Program-made: the position numbers and the translations under genes | The notes under the pieces: model-generated | Seen by the model: only the letters and a program-made list of their open reading frames with translations | What the model was told of the DNA's origin: nothing | Database searches by the model: none | Assembly (NCBI GenBank): GCA_963697335.1 | Contig: CAVONQ010000003.1 | Span: 32,001 to 96,000, forward strand | Reading direction: 5' to 3' | Length of the DNA stretch: 64,000 nt | From: an uncultured cyanobacterium | Lineage (GTDB): Bacteria > Cyanobacteriota > Cyanobacteriia > PCC-6307 > Cyanobiaceae | Shown: one piece after another, positions 20,381 through 31,121 of the stretch | Numbering within the stretch: the first letter of the stretch is position 1 | Layout of the letters: each line of letters begins with the position of its first letter

Positions 20381-21274
20381 TCAGGAGAGGGCCAGAAACT
20401 GCTGGAGAGCTTCCACCGGAGCGGGCGGCCAGCGCCGCGTCTGCCGTAACCATTCTTCCTGGCGGTAGCGGGGATCGAGGCCGGAGGCGGCCGCCCAGTT
20501 GCTCTCGGCCTCGCCGCGGTGGCCCTGTTGCCAGAGCAGGGCCGTGAGGCCGGCGCGGGCATCGGCAAACATCGGATAGCGCCGGATCAGCGAGCGCAGG
20601 GCCTGCTCAGCCCCGGCGCAATCCCCCAGCTGGAAGGCCGCCAGAGCGGCGCTGGAGCGGGCCATCGCAAAGCCCGGCCGGGCCAGCGACGCCGCCTCGA
20701 AGCTGGCCCTGGCCGCCGGCCAGTCGCCCTGGGAGCCGAGCACGTTGCCGAGGTTGTAGAGGGCCGAGGCATCGGCCGGATCACGCTCCAGGATCCAGTG
20801 GTAGTCGTCTGCGGCGGCCTGCCAGCGGCCCAGGGACTCCTCAGCGGTGCCGCGGTTGAGGTGGGGGTCGGGGCTGGACGGATCGAGTTGCGCGGCCCGG
20901 CTCTGGTCGGCGATCGCCGCCTCGGCATCCCCCAGCGCCAGGCGCACATTGCCGCGGTTGCTCCAGGCGGCGGCGTCGCCGGGCGCCAGGGCCAGCACCT
21001 GATCCCACAGGGGCAGGGCCTCGCCGAATCGCCCCTGGCGACTGGCCTGCAGGGCCTGCTCGAACAGCCGTTCATGGGCGGCCGGATCCGGCTCGGAGCC
21101 CGCGGCACCGCCGCCTTCACCCCCATCGGCGCCAACGGCACCGGCGCTGCCCAACCAGACCAGCAGCGCCAGCCCAGCGGCCAGCAGCACCCTTGGCCAC
21201 CGGCAAGCGAGGGCGCGGGCTGCTTGGAGCCAGCTGGCCTCGGCCTGCATGTGGTGGGTCGCTCGCCTGCTCAT
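20381..21274 (-). CDS. Exported tetratricopeptide repeat protein (start uncertain)
   Basis: Signal-like hydrophobic segment; TPR units AWSNRGN, HLNRG, ALYNLGN. Confidence 0.85.
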   Translation of the reverse strand: MSRRATHHMQAEASWLQAARALACRWPRVLLAAGLALLVWLGSAGAVGADGGEGGGAAGSEPDPAAHERLFEQALQASRQGRFGEALPLWDQVLALAPGDAAAWSNRGNVRLALGDAEAAIADQSRAAQLDPSSPDPHLNRGTAEESLGRWQAAADDYHWILERDPADASALYNLGNVLGSQGDWPAARASFEAASLARPGFAMARSSAALAAFQLGDCAGAEQALRSLIRRYPMFADARAGLTALLWQQGHRGEAESNWAAASGLDPRYRQEEWLRQTRRWPPAPVEALQQFLALS

Positions 21275-22362
21275 GCGATGGCGCCCTGGGCGTCGAGATG
21301 GGCACGGCCCGCCGGGGTGAGCAAGCGCCCCCGGGGGGTGCGTTGCAGCAGGCCCTGCTGGAGCAGATAGGGCTCAACCACGGCCTCGAGGGTGGCCGGG
21401 TCCTCGCCGAGTCCGGCGGCCAGGGTGTCGAGCCCCACCGGGCCACCACCGTAGGCTTCCAGCATCAGCCGCAGCAGGCGGCGGTCATGGGCATCGAGCC
21501 CGCGGCCGTCGACGCGGTGCAGGCTGAGGGCCTGGTCAACAAGGGCCGCCGTGATCAAGGGCTGGCCGTTGACGGCCGCCACATCCCGCACCCGGCGCAG
21601 CAGGCGGTTGGCGATCCGCGGCGTACCTCGGCAGCGGCGGGCCACCTCCAGGGCCGCCTCGGGCTCGAGCTGCAGCCGCAGCAGCCCGGCGGCCCGCTGC
21701 ACGATCGCCTGCAGGTCGTGCAGGCCGTAGAACTCCAGTCGCTGGATCAAGCCGAAGCGATCCCGCAGCGGCGAACTCAGCGAGCCGGCCCTGGTGGTGG
21801 CCCCCACCAGGGTGAAGGGGGGCAGCGGCAGGCTGCGGGTGCGCGCCGTGGTGCCCTTGCCCACGGTGAGATCGAGGCGGAAGTCCTCCATCGCGGGGTA
21901 AAGCAGCTCTTCGGCCACCCGGCTGAGCCGGTGGATCTCGTCGATGAACAGCAGCTCGCGGGGCTGCAGGTTGACCAGCAAACCCACGATGTCGCGGGGG
22001 CGCTCCAGGGCGGGGGCGCTGGTGATGCGGCAGCGCACCCCCAGCTCCTCGGCCAGCACCAGGGCCATGGTGGTCTTGCCCAGGCCCGGGGGGCCGTAGA
22101 GCAGCACGTGGTCGAGGGCTTCGGCGCGGGCCTGGGTGGCCTCGATGGCGATGCCGAGCACCTGCTTGAGCTCACCCTGGCCGATGTAGTCGGCAAGGCG
22201 GCGCGGCCGCAGCGAATCCTCGCGGGCCTGGGGAGCCTCGGCGGCAACCTGGGGCTGGGGACCAACCGGGGGATACGCCTGGGGATCCACCAGCCGCTGG
22301 CCGGTGCCAGCGCCGCTGCGGCGACGGTCCTGGCCCTGGGATCCGGAGGAGACGATCGCCAT
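21271..22362 (-). CDS. ruvB: Holliday junction branch migration helicase RuvB
   Basis: [47 protein letters not shown]. Confidence 0.97.
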   Translation of the reverse strand: MAIVSSGSQGQDRRRSGAGTGQRLVDPQAYPPVGPQPQVAAEAPQAREDSLRPRRLADYIGQGELKQVLGIAIEATQARAEALDHVLLYGPPGLGKTTMALVLAEELGVRCRITSAPALERPRDIVGLLVNLQPRELLFIDEIHRLSRVAEELLYPAMEDFRLDLTVGKGTTARTRSLPLPPFTLVGATTRAGSLSSPLRDRFGLIQRLEFYGLHDLQAIVQRAAGLLRLQLEPEAALEVARRCRGTPRIANRLLRRVRDVAAVNGQPLITAALVDQALSLHRVDGRGLDAHDRRLLRLMLEAYGGGPVGLDTLAAGLGEDPATLEAVVEPYLLQQGLLQRTPRGRLLTPAGRAHLDAQGAIA

Positions 22363-22463
22363 GGCTGGAGGGTACCGGCCCCGCCCAGCCGCTGTGCCGC
22401 CCGAGGCGGCCTGAAGGGCACCTAGGGTCAGCATCTGAGCAGGCGTGCAGCGGAACCGGAACC

Positions 22464-22964
22464 ATGGCCAAGGGCGGCACCAAGAAGCTGGCCGCCAAGG
22501 CCCAGCGGGATGCGGCCCGGCGCCTGCTGGCCGACAACCGCTTCGCCCGGCACCAGTACGAGATCCTCGACGACCTCGAATGCGGCATCGAGCTGCTGGG
22601 CACGGAGGTGAAATCGGTGCGGGCGGGGCAGGCGAACCTGCGCGACGGCTTCTGTCTGATCCGCAACGGCGAGCTGCAGCTGCACAACGTGCACATCTCG
22701 CCCCACAGCCATGCCGGCGCCTACTTCAACCACGAGCCGCTGCGGGTGCGCCGCCTGCTCGCCCACCGTCGCGAGATCGAGCGGCTGCGCGTGGCCCTGG
22801 AGCAGAAGGGCCTCACCCTGATCCCCCTCAACCTGCACCTGCACGGCTCCTGGATCAAGGTGTCCCTGGGCCTGGGCAAGGGCCGCAAGCTGCACGACAA
22901 ACGGCAGGAGGAGCGGCGCAAGCAGGAGGCCAAGGACACCCGCTCCGCCATCGCCCGGCTCTAG
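22464..22964 (+). CDS. smpB: SsrA-binding protein
   Basis: [33 protein letters not shown]. Confidence 0.96.
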   Translation: MAKGGTKKLAAKAQRDAARRLLADNRFARHQYEILDDLECGIELLGTEVKSVRAGQANLRDGFCLIRNGELQLHNVHISPHSHAGAYFNHEPLRVRRLLAHRREIERLRVALEQKGLTLIPLNLHLHGSWIKVSLGLGKGRKLHDKRQEERRKQEAKDTRSAIARL

Positions 22965-25057
22965 GGGCCCGACTCGGCCGGCCCGTCGTCTCCGTTGCGG
23001 GAGTTCCCGGCCGCGGGAGAAGCATCCCTGGGCAGCGGAGGGCCGCCGTCGGGGGGGGGCTCAGGTCGGGTGGCCGCAGGGGCTGAGCGCGGGGGTGAGT
23101 CGGGCGTGCCGGGAGGCTCCGGCGCTTCAGGGCTCTGGGAAGTGGTGGGCTCGGGAGGAGCGCTCGGCGCTGGCAGGTCGGCCCTCAGCGACAGGGTGAT
23201 CAGCGCCGGGGCGACCCCCTCATTGGTCACCAGCAGCTGCACCGGAGAGGCCTTCTGGGCGGGCAGACTCACCACCCGCAGCGGACCCTTGGGCTCCAGC
23301 AGCGTGCCGTCGGCGCTGAACACGCTCATCGCCATCAGCGGCGAGCCATTCACCCCCAGCACCAGGCGGTGGCCCGGGGTGAGCCGCACCGGGAACAGCC
23401 GCGCTCCGCCGGCCTCCACCGAGGCCGAGATCGTCTGGGTCTGCAGGGGCCGGGCTTCGATCGCTTCGATCTGCACGTTGCCGAGGATCTGCTCCGCGGC
23501 GGCAAACCAGAGCTGACGGAACGGCTCCGCCGGGATCCCCGAGCCCTGGCGCCCCGGCAGCAGGTTCTGGGCATTCCCCGACACCAGCTGCCGCAGCACC
23601 TGGGGGCTGATCCCCTGGCTGACCAGGCTCTGCTGACGCCGTTCCCAGTCGGCGTTGCTGAAGCCGCCGAGACGGCGGCGGATCTCCAGGGGCAGCTGCT
23701 CCACCCGGGCCAGCCATTCCTCGGCCAGGTCGTTCCATACCTTGCGCAGGGGCGCGTCTTCCAGGGAGTCGCTGGGGGGGCGCCCGCCCCGCTCCGGGAA
23801 CTGGGCCAGCAGGCTGGCATCTACCAATTTCAGGAACCAGGTGCGATCCACCTGCAGGGCGCGCAGCCGGTTGAGCAACTGCTGGCGCTGATCCACCTCT
23901 CCTGGCGGCAGGCTGCTGGGCAGCTGCAGGGCCGCATCCGGCACCGTGGGCGCCGCCTGGCGGCCACGGCTGAGCCACCACCAACCAAGCGCCGTGCCCA
24001 CCACGGCGGAGAGCACCAGGGCCATCACCACCGGCCAGAGGCCACCCTCGGCGGCCTCGTCGCGAGCCTCGCCGCGGCTGCGGGCCGGGGGCGCAGGCAC
24101 GGGCACAGGGGCCCGCAGGGGCGGCAAGTCCGGCCCAGCGGCAGGGGCGGCGGCCAATGGGACGGCAGCGGCCGCAGAGGAGACAACGGCCGTGCCGGCC
24201 AGCTCCAGCACCGGCGGCGGCACCAGCACCACGGTGCGGTCGGCCCTGGGCACCGGCCCGGTGGACTCAGGCATCGCCAGCGCCTGAAAGGCCGTGAGCG
24301 CCTGGCTGGCCGACGCGAAGCGCTGATCGGGCTGGCGCTGCAGCAGGCGTTGCAGGGTGTTCTGCAGATCCGGCTCAGCACTCAGGGCCGCGGGCATGCG
24401 CCACTGGGCCGTGACCGGATCGAGCAGGCTGGCCGGTGCATCCCCACTCAGCAGTACCAGGGCCGTCACGCCGAGGGCATGCAGGTCCATCCAGGCCTCG
24501 GGCCCGGAGCTGTGGGCCAGCTCCGGCGGGGCATACCCGGGGGTCACCACCACGCCGCCGGCCACCAGCCCGAAGTCGAGCAGCACGGGCAGGCCGTCGC
24601 TGTCGCGGCGCAGCAGGTTGGCCGGACAGAGATCGCCGTGCACCAGCTCCTGGCCATGCAGCACCGCCAGCACGGGCAGCAGCTGGCGCACCAGCAGCAT
24701 CACCTCGCCGGCACCGAATACCATCTGCCGCTCAGCCCGCACCTCGATCAGCTGCTGGTAGGTACGGCCCGCCTGCCACTCCCGCACCAGCCAGAGGGCG
24801 TCACCGTCCCGCACTGCGCTGCCCAGTCGCGGCACCTGGGGGTGGAGCACCCCCTGCAGCCGCCCCCAGCGGGCCAGGGCGGCGGCCTGGTCGGTGGGGG
24901 GCTCCAGCCGCCGCAGGGCCACCAGGCCATCACCGGCCAGCTGGTCACGGGCGCGCCAGAGGCTGCCCTGGGCTCCCTGGCTGAGGCATTGATCCAGCCT
25001 GTAGCGATCGCCGATCAGCGCACCTGGCTGCACGGAAGGAGCGGAATCAGGGGGCAT
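22961..25057 (-). CDS. Membrane-anchored Hanks-type Ser/Thr kinase-like protein
   Basis: [24 protein letters not shown] helix [21 protein letters not shown]; Pro-rich tail. Confidence 0.85.
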   Translation of the reverse strand: MPPDSAPSVQPGALIGDRYRLDQCLSQGAQGSLWRARDQLAGDGLVALRRLEPPTDQAAALARWGRLQGVLHPQVPRLGSAVRDGDALWLVREWQAGRTYQQLIEVRAERQMVFGAGEVMLLVRQLLPVLAVLHGQELVHGDLCPANLLRRDSDGLPVLLDFGLVAGGVVVTPGYAPPELAHSSGPEAWMDLHALGVTALVLLSGDAPASLLDPVTAQWRMPAALSAEPDLQNTLQRLLQRQPDQRFASASQALTAFQALAMPESTGPVPRADRTVVLVPPPVLELAGTAVVSSAAAAVPLAAAPAAGPDLPPLRAPVPVPAPPARSRGEARDEAAEGGLWPVVMALVLSAVVGTALGWWWLSRGRQAAPTVPDAALQLPSSLPPGEVDQRQQLLNRLRALQVDRTWFLKLVDASLLAQFPERGGRPPSDSLEDAPLRKVWNDLAEEWLARVEQLPLEIRRRLGGFSNADWERRQQSLVSQGISPQVLRQLVSGNAQNLLPGRQGSGIPAEPFRQLWFAAAEQILGNVQIEAIEARPLQTQTISASVEAGGARLFPVRLTPGHRLVLGVNGSPLMAMSVFSADGTLLEPKGPLRVVSLPAQKASPVQLLVTNEGVAPALITLSLRADLPAPSAPPEPTTSQSPEAPEPPGTPDSPPRSAPAATRPEPPPDGGPPLPRDASPAAGNSRNGDDGPAESGP

Positions 25058-26058
25058 CAGCCGGCCGCGGCCAGAGCCCGCTCAGGTTGCCGCAACCCCT
25101 TGGTGGCGAGCCACTCCCGGTCATAGAGCCGGGAGCGGTAGCGGTCGCCGCTGTCACACAACACGGTGACGATCGTGTGGCCTGGACCGAGGCGACGGGC
25201 CGTCTCCACAGCCGCGGCCACGTTGATGCCCACCGACCCCCCCAGGAACAGGCCCTCCTGCCAGAGCAGGCCATAGATGGTGTCGAGGGCGGCCTGGTCG
25301 ACGATGCGCACGGCGTCATCCACCGGTGCCCCCTCGAGATTGGCGGTGATGCGGCTGTTGCCGATCCCCTCGGTGATCGAGCTGCCCTCACTGCGCAGCT
25401 CGCCGCTGCTGGCCCAGCTGTAGAGGGCACTGCCCTCGGGATCGGCGAGCACGCAGCGCACGGCGGCGTTGCGTTCCTTCAGGAACAGGGCCACGCCGGC
25501 GTAGGTGCCGCCCGTGCCGGTGGCCGCCACCCAGGCATCGACGCGGCCGTCGGTCTGCTCCCAGATCTCGGGGCCGGTGGAGCGGTAGTGGGCGCGGCGG
25601 TTGGCCAGGTTGTCGAACTGGTTGGCCCACACCGCGCCAGGGGTTTCGGCGGCAATGCGGCCCGAGAGCTTCACGTAGTTATCGGGGTCGCGGTAGGGCA
25701 CCGCCGGCACGGTGCGCACCTCGGCCCCGAGGCTGCGCAGCAGCCCGATCTTCTCCGCCGACTGGGTGTCGGGAATCACGATCAGGGCGCGGTAGCCGCG
25801 GGCATTGCAGAGGTGGGTGAGGCCGATGCCGGTGTTGCCCGCCGTGCCCTCCACCACGGTGCCCCCGGGCCGCAGCAAGCCCTCCTGCTCGGCCTCCAGC
25901 AGGATGCCAAGGGCGGCTCTGTCCTTCACCGAGCCGCCGGGGTTCATGAACTCCGCCTTGCCCAGAATCTCGCAGCCCGTGAGCTCACTCAGGGCATGGA
26001 GGCGGATCAGGGGGGTGTGGCCCACCGCCCCGACGAAGCCCTGAGTGATCTGCCCCAT
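25057..26058 (-). CDS. Cysteine synthase (O-acetylserine sulfhydrylase family, PLP)
   Basis: KAEFMNPGGSVKDR, TAGNTG, GTGGT, EGIG, CDSGDRY. Confidence 0.9.
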   Translation of the reverse strand: MGQITQGFVGAVGHTPLIRLHALSELTGCEILGKAEFMNPGGSVKDRAALGILLEAEQEGLLRPGGTVVEGTAGNTGIGLTHLCNARGYRALIVIPDTQSAEKIGLLRSLGAEVRTVPAVPYRDPDNYVKLSGRIAAETPGAVWANQFDNLANRRAHYRSTGPEIWEQTDGRVDAWVAATGTGGTYAGVALFLKERNAAVRCVLADPEGSALYSWASSGELRSEGSSITEGIGNSRITANLEGAPVDDAVRIVDQAALDTIYGLLWQEGLFLGGSVGINVAAAVETARRLGPGHTIVTVLCDSGDRYRSRLYDREWLATKGLRQPERALAAAG

Positions 26059-26125
26059 GCCGTGATCGCCGCGTGGCGGGATCGTAGGCAACCTCCCTAA
26101 GGTCGGGCCTGCACCCGGCACTCCC

Positions 26126-27376
26126 ATGACCACAGGCCTGCCGGCCAGGCTCCGTCAGGTGCGTCAGCACAGCCTGGATCTGATCGCACCGCTGCAGCCG
26201 GAAGACCTCTGCCTGCAGGGCATGGCCGACGCCAGCCCGCCCAAGTGGCACCTGGGCCACACCACCTGGTTTTTCGAGACGTTCGTGCTCCGGCCCCTGC
26301 AGGCGGCGGGGGTGGAGCTGGGCTTCACGGCTGCGCCCGAGGCCTGGGGCTTCCTGTTCAACAGCTACTACGACACGATCGGCGAGCGCCATCCGCGGCC
26401 CGAGCGGGGACTGCTGAGCCGCCCGCCGATCGAGGCCGTGCTGGCCTGGCGCCAGCAGGTGGATCAGGCCCTGGAGAGGCTGCTGGATCAGCAGCAGGGG
26501 CCTGGCACGCCATCCGCAAGCCACGAGCTGCTGGAGCTGGGCCTGCAGCACGAGCAGCAGCACCAGGAGCTGCTGCTGATGGACCTCCTGGATGGCTTCA
26601 GCCGGAATCCTCTCCAGCCCTGCTATGCGGCCGAGCCCGAAGAGCGCTTCCGCAGCGCCTGGGTCGCCGGCAGCCAACCCTCCCCGGCGGCGGCTGGCTG
26701 GCTGGAGCACCCCGGCGGGCTGCTGGAGATCGGCCACGACGGCACCGGCTTCCACTTCGACAACGAGGCTCCCAGGCACCGCCAGTGGCTCGAGCCCTTC
26801 GCGCTGGCCGAGCGGCTGGTGACCAATGGCGCCTACGCCGCCTTCATCGCCGATGGGGGCTACAGCAGAGCGGAGCTGTGGATGAGTGAGGGCTGGGCCC
26901 TCGCCAGGGCCGAGGGCTGGCAGGCCCCCCTTTACTGGCGCGATGGGGCGTCCGAGCCCTATGCCTTCACCCTGGCGGGCCCGCAGCCGCTGCACCCCCA
27001 GGCCCCCGTGAGGCACCTGAGCTGGTTCGAGGCCGACGCCTTTGCCCGCTGGGCCGGGGCCCGCCTGCCCACGGAGGCCGAATGGGAAGCCCTGGCCGGG
27101 CGCCTGCCCCAGGCCCATGGCCTGCTCTGGCAGTGGACCGCCAGCCCTTACCGCCCCTATCCCGGCTTCCGCGCCGCCCCTGGGGCCGTGGGCGAATACA
27201 ACGGCAAATTCATGAGCTCCCAGATGGTGCTGCGCGGCAGCTCTTACCTGACGCCGCCGGGCCATGCTCGACCCACCTACCGCAATTTCTTCCCGCCTGG
27301 CTGCCGCTGGATGGCCTCCGGCCTGCGGCTGGCCCAGGACCGCCCCAACGACCACCCCAGCCCCCCAGCCGCGTGA
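26126..27376 (+). CDS. egtB: Ergothioneine sulfoxide synthase EgtB
   Basis: SPPKWHLGHTTWFFE, HEQQHQE iron ligands, FGE-sulfatase domain, GEYNGKFM, YRNFF. Confidence 0.92.
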   Translation: MTTGLPARLRQVRQHSLDLIAPLQPEDLCLQGMADASPPKWHLGHTTWFFETFVLRPLQAAGVELGFTAAPEAWGFLFNSYYDTIGERHPRPERGLLSRPPIEAVLAWRQQVDQALERLLDQQQGPGTPSASHELLELGLQHEQQHQELLLMDLLDGFSRNPLQPCYAAEPEERFRSAWVAGSQPSPAAAGWLEHPGGLLEIGHDGTGFHFDNEAPRHRQWLEPFALAERLVTNGAYAAFIADGGYSRAELWMSEGWALARAEGWQAPLYWRDGASEPYAFTLAGPQPLHPQAPVRHLSWFEADAFARWAGARLPTEAEWEALAGRLPQAHGLLWQWTASPYRPYPGFRAAPGAVGEYNGKFMSSQMVLRGSSYLTPPGHARPTYRNFFPPGCRWMASGLRLAQDRPNDHPSPPAA

Positions 27377-28443
27377 CCCCACTGCCATCCGCCCCCGCCA
27401 GCCGCATCGCGGCCGCAACAGCCGCCCCCACCGAGCTGATCGACCTGCACCCCGAGCCCGCCGACATGGTGCGCCTGGTGAGCGAGGGCATGGCCCTGCG
27501 GCCGCGGCAGCTGCCCGCCTGGCTCCTTTACGACGCCGAGGGCTCCCGGCTGTTCGAGGCGATCTGCGCCCAACCTGAATACAGCCTCACCCGGGTGGAA
27601 ACGGCCCTGCTGGAGAGCCGGGCCGAGGAGCTCGCCGCGGCCCTGGGCGAGGGCGTGCTGGTGGAATTCGGCGCCGGCAATGCCCGCAAGGTGGCGCCGC
27701 TGCTGCGGGCGTTGCGACCGACGGCCTACGTGCCGATGGACATCAGCGCCAGCCACCTGGCCGGCGCCTGCGAGGCCCTGCAGGCCCAGCACCCGGCCGT
27801 GCCCGTGCTCGGCATCTGCTGTGACTACAGCCAGTTGGACCACCTGCCTGAACACCCCCTGTTGCAGGGCGAGCGCCTGCTGGGCTTCTACCCAGGCAGC
27901 TCCCTGGGCAACTTCAGCCCCGACCAGGCCCGGCGGCTGCTGGAGCAGTTCAGCAGGCTGCTGGGTCCCGGCAGCTGCCTGCTGATCGGCATCGACCAAC
28001 CCAAGGGCAGGGCTCGGCTGGAGGCGGCCTACAACGATGCGGCCGGGGCCTCGGCCGCCTTCGGCCGCAACCTGCTGGTGCGCCTCAACCGCGATCTGGG
28101 CGGCACGTTCGATCCCAGCGCCTTCGCCTACCGGGCCCGCTGGGAAGCCGACCACAGCCGCATCGCCATGGCCCTGGTGAGCCGGAAGGAGCAGGAGGTG
28201 CAGCTGGCCGGCCGCCGCTGGCGGTTTGGGGCGGGCGAGGAGCTGATCACCGAGTACAGCGTCAAGTACACCCCTGAGGCCTTCACTGCCCTGGCGGCTG
28301 CGGCCGGCTGGAAGGCCCTGCGGCGCTGGAGCGACCCCTCCGGCGACCTCTCGCTGCACCTGCTGGTGCCGGAGGCGGCGGACCGGGGCGGCCCCCAGGG
28401 AGCAGACTCGGAGGGGTCTGCGCCAGTGCAGCGGGAGAGCTGA
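27373..28443 (+). CDS. egtD: L-histidine N-alpha-methyltransferase EgtD
   Basis: LYDAEGSRLFEAIC, EFGAG, PGSSLGN, AYNDAAG, TEYSVKY; GTG start overlaps the egtB stop (GTGA). Confidence 0.92.
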   Translation: MTPLPSAPASRIAAATAAPTELIDLHPEPADMVRLVSEGMALRPRQLPAWLLYDAEGSRLFEAICAQPEYSLTRVETALLESRAEELAAALGEGVLVEFGAGNARKVAPLLRALRPTAYVPMDISASHLAGACEALQAQHPAVPVLGICCDYSQLDHLPEHPLLQGERLLGFYPGSSLGNFSPDQARRLLEQFSRLLGPGSCLLIGIDQPKGRARLEAAYNDAAGASAAFGRNLLVRLNRDLGGTFDPSAFAYRARWEADHSRIAMALVSRKEQEVQLAGRRWRFGAGEELITEYSVKYTPEAFTALAAAAGWKALRRWSDPSGDLSLHLLVPEAADRGGPQGADSEGSAPVQRES

Positions 28444-28445
28444 CC

Positions 28446-28697
28446 ATGAGCCGGGAAGAACAGCGGGCGGCGATGCGCCAGGTGCGCGAGGAGTTGGCGG
28501 GCGAGCTGGAGGAGCTCTACCGCCGGGCCTTTGACCGGATCGGCGACGCCAGCCTGGGAGAAGGGGCCGTGGCGCGCCTCACCCAGTTGTTGCTCCGCTC
28601 CCGGGAGGCCGCGATCACGCCCCTGCAGGAGGAGATCGAGGCGCCGCTGCTCACCACCCCTGCCGGCGAGCCCACCCCGGGCCGGCCGCCGGCATGA
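28446..28697 (+). CDS. Small helical protein co-encoded with egtBD (hercynine-metabolism small protein type)
   Basis: 83-aa ORF with host-like codons, 2 bp after egtD; family name from recall. Confidence 0.7.
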   Translation: MSREEQRAAMRQVREELAGELEELYRRAFDRIGDASLGEGAVARLTQLLLRSREAAITPLQEEIEAPLLTTPAGEPTPGRPPA

Positions 28698-29176
28698 GCT
28701 GGCTGGAGGATCTGGAGGCCCGGCTGGAGAGCCAGCTGGAGACCTTTCTGGCCGCCAACCCCGAGCAGGAAGCCCTGCTGCGGGATCAGAACGATCGCGA
28801 CCAGCGCCGCGACCTGCTGGCACAGCGCCTGGCTCTGCAGAGCCAGGCTGAACGCCAGCGCCAGGGGCTGCTGCAGCTGGCCGAGGAGATCCGCTCCTGG
28901 CAGGCCCGCATCCTCAAGGCCCGGTCCGCCGGCGCCGACGCCCTGGCCGACCGGGCCGAGGCGCGGGTGGAGGCGCTGATGCTGCAGGGCCGGCGCCACT
29001 GGGAGGAACTCGCCGCCCTGGGCAGCCGCTTTGCGGAGATCGAGCAGGCGATCGCTGAGCTGGCCTCCCGCCAGAGCCAGGCCCGCCGGGCCGCCGGCGG
29101 CGCCGACCTGGAGCGGGACTGGGCCGCCTTCGAAGCGGAGCAGGACCTGGAGCGCCTGCGTCGCCGTCAGGCCTGA
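28694..29176 (+). CDS. Coiled-coil protein co-encoded with egtBD, PspA/Vipp1-like
   Basis: Heptad-rich; WQARILKARSAGADALA and DLERDWAAFE..DLERL segments; ATGA overlap. Confidence 0.7.
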   Translation: MSWLEDLEARLESQLETFLAANPEQEALLRDQNDRDQRRDLLAQRLALQSQAERQRQGLLQLAEEIRSWQARILKARSAGADALADRAEARVEALMLQGRRHWEELAALGSRFAEIEQAIAELASRQSQARRAAGGADLERDWAAFEAEQDLERLRRRQA

Positions 29177-29187
29177 GGCCCCTGCCT

Positions 29188-29235
29188 AAGCCTTGGGCTC
29201 GGGCTCAAGCCTTGGACTCGGGCTCAAGCCTTGGG
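29188..29235. repeat. 19-bp tandem repeat, about 2.5 copies
   Basis: aagccttgggctcgggctc / aagccttggactcgggctc / aagccttggg. Confidence 0.85.
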
Positions 29236-29487
29236 GGCGGGTGGCACCAGATTGACGCCGTCGGGCGGCGGGGTGGGATCGGGATCGGCGATCAGCATGT
29301 GCTGCAGCACGATCTCGGGGCGTTCGCTATCCCGCCAGCGGATCCGATAGGCGGGCATCTTGGTGCCGCGACTGGTCGTCTGCTCGACCGGCTCCATCAC
29401 CCAGCCTCGGCGAGAGCGGCCCTGGGGGTTGCGCTTCACCACCGCATCTGCGTGCTGGAAGCGAAAACCGACGCGCTCGCCACTCAT
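29224..29487 (-). CDS. Conserved hypothetical protein
   Basis: 87-aa ORF with ATG start, non-shadow composition (MSGERVGFRFQHADAVVKRNPQG). Confidence 0.7.
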   Translation of the reverse strand: MSGERVGFRFQHADAVVKRNPQGRSRRGWVMEPVEQTTSRGTKMPAYRIRWRDSERPEIVLQHMLIADPDPTPPPDGVNLVPPAPKA

Positions 29488-29551
29488 GGAATCGCTGCCC
29501 CCATTGGGGAAGATTGCCTACCGCTGCAATTATCTCATTGCGCCTCGCCGC

Positions 29552-31060
29552 TCAGGCTTCCTCGCTGTCTCGGCTGCGCTGCAACTCGGGTCGTAGCAGC
29601 GGAAAGGCGATCACATCGCGGATCGAGGCGCTGTCGGTGAGCAGCATCACCAGGCGGTCGATGCCGATGCCGAGCCCGCCGGTGGGGGGCATGCCCACCT
29701 CCAGGGCCTGGAGAAAATCCTCGTCCACGCCCTGGGCCTCCAGGTCGCCGGCGGCCTTGCGCCGTTGCTGCGCCTCCAGCCGCTGGCGCTGATCCACCGG
29801 ATCGATCAGCTCGCTGAAGGCATTGGCGGTCTCGCGGCCCACGATGAACAGCTCAAAGCGCTCCACCAGGCCCGGCTTGCTGCGGTGGGCCCGGGCCAGG
29901 GGAGAGTTCTCGACCGGGTAATCAAGCACGAAGGTGGGCTGGATCAGGCTCTCCTCCACCCGCTGCTCGAAGGCCTCCACCAGCAGCCGTCCCACCGAAT
30001 CGGCCAGGGCCGGCACCTCGAGGCCCTGGGCGGCCATGGCGGCGGCGGCCTCCTCGCGACTGCCGAAAAGGCTGAAGTCGAGGCCGGTGGCCTGCTGCAC
30101 GAGCTCGTGCATGGTGGCCCGCCGCCAGGGGGGCGTGATGTCGATCGTGGTGCCCTGGTAGGGGATCACGGTGCTGCCGCACACCTCCTGGCAGACATGG
30201 GCGATCAACGCCTCGGTGAGTTCCATCATGTCGGTGTAGTCGGCGTAGGCCTGGTACACCTCCACCGAGGTGAACTCCGGGTTGTGGCGGGTGCTCACCC
30301 CCTCGTTGCGGAAGATGCGGCCCAGCTCGTAGACCCGCTCGAAGCCGCCCACCACCAGGCGCTTCAGGTGCAGCTCCGTGGCGATGCGCAGGGTGAGCGG
30401 CAGGTCGAGGGTGTTGTGGTGGGTCTCGAAGGGGCGGGCATCGGCGCCGCCGGGCTGGCTCTGCAGCACCGGGGTCTCGATCTCGAAGAAGCCGCGCTCG
30501 TCGAGCCAGCGGCGCAGGGCGCCGATCGCCCTGGCCCGGCGCCGGAAGGTCTCGCGGGTGTGGGGGGAGACGATCAGATCGAGGTAGCGCTGGCGGTAGC
30601 GCTTCTCCACGTCCGCCAGGCCGTGCCACTTGTCCGGCAGGGGCTGCAGGGCCTTGCAGAGCATGGTCCAGCCCGTCACCTTCACCGAGAGCTCGCCCCG
30701 GTCGGTACGGCGCAGGCCGCCCTCCACGCCGATCAGATCGCCGGCATCCACCAGGGTGGTGAGCTGCTGGAAGGCCTCGGGGTCGCTGGCCGCCAGGGTG
30801 GCCTTGTCGATGAAGAGCTGAATCACCCCGCTCTCATCCGCCAGGGTGAAGAAGGCGAGCTTGCCCATCACCCGGCGGGTCATCACCCGCCCGGCCACAC
30901 ACACGGGCGTCCCATCCTCGGCGCCGTTGGCCAGGTCGGCGTAGGTGACCTGCAGATCGGCCGTGCGGTGGGTGGGGGCAAAACGCAGCGCGTAGGGCCC
31001 CTTGCCGAGCTCCGCCAGGGTATGGGCCTTCTCCAGGCGGGTCTTGCGCAGCTCCGACAC
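29552..31060 (-). CDS. lysS: Lysine--tRNA ligase (class II)
   Basis: [49 protein letters not shown]. Confidence 0.97.
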   Translation of the reverse strand: MSELRKTRLEKAHTLAELGKGPYALRFAPTHRTADLQVTYADLANGAEDGTPVCVAGRVMTRRVMGKLAFFTLADESGVIQLFIDKATLAASDPEAFQQLTTLVDAGDLIGVEGGLRRTDRGELSVKVTGWTMLCKALQPLPDKWHGLADVEKRYRQRYLDLIVSPHTRETFRRRARAIGALRRWLDERGFFEIETPVLQSQPGGADARPFETHHNTLDLPLTLRIATELHLKRLVVGGFERVYELGRIFRNEGVSTRHNPEFTSVEVYQAYADYTDMMELTEALIAHVCQEVCGSTVIPYQGTTIDITPPWRRATMHELVQQATGLDFSLFGSREEAAAAMAAQGLEVPALADSVGRLLVEAFEQRVEESLIQPTFVLDYPVENSPLARAHRSKPGLVERFELFIVGRETANAFSELIDPVDQRQRLEAQQRRKAAGDLEAQGVDEDFLQALEVGMPPTGGLGIGIDRLVMLLTDSASIRDVIAFPLLRPELQRSRDSEEA

Positions 31061-31121
31061 GGGGGATGGGGATCTCAGCTGGCAGCCATCCTGCAGGAGA
31101 GGAGCTCAGCCCCGGCTGGAA

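Noticed and set aside
26126..27376. Selenoneine (SenA) or ovothiol (OvoA) system
   Set aside because: No senB or selD neighbours and no fused C-terminal methyltransferase; egtB-egtD fits ergothioneine.
29188..29235. Possible mini-CRISPR
   Set aside because: The units abut directly with no spacers, and no cas genes are present.
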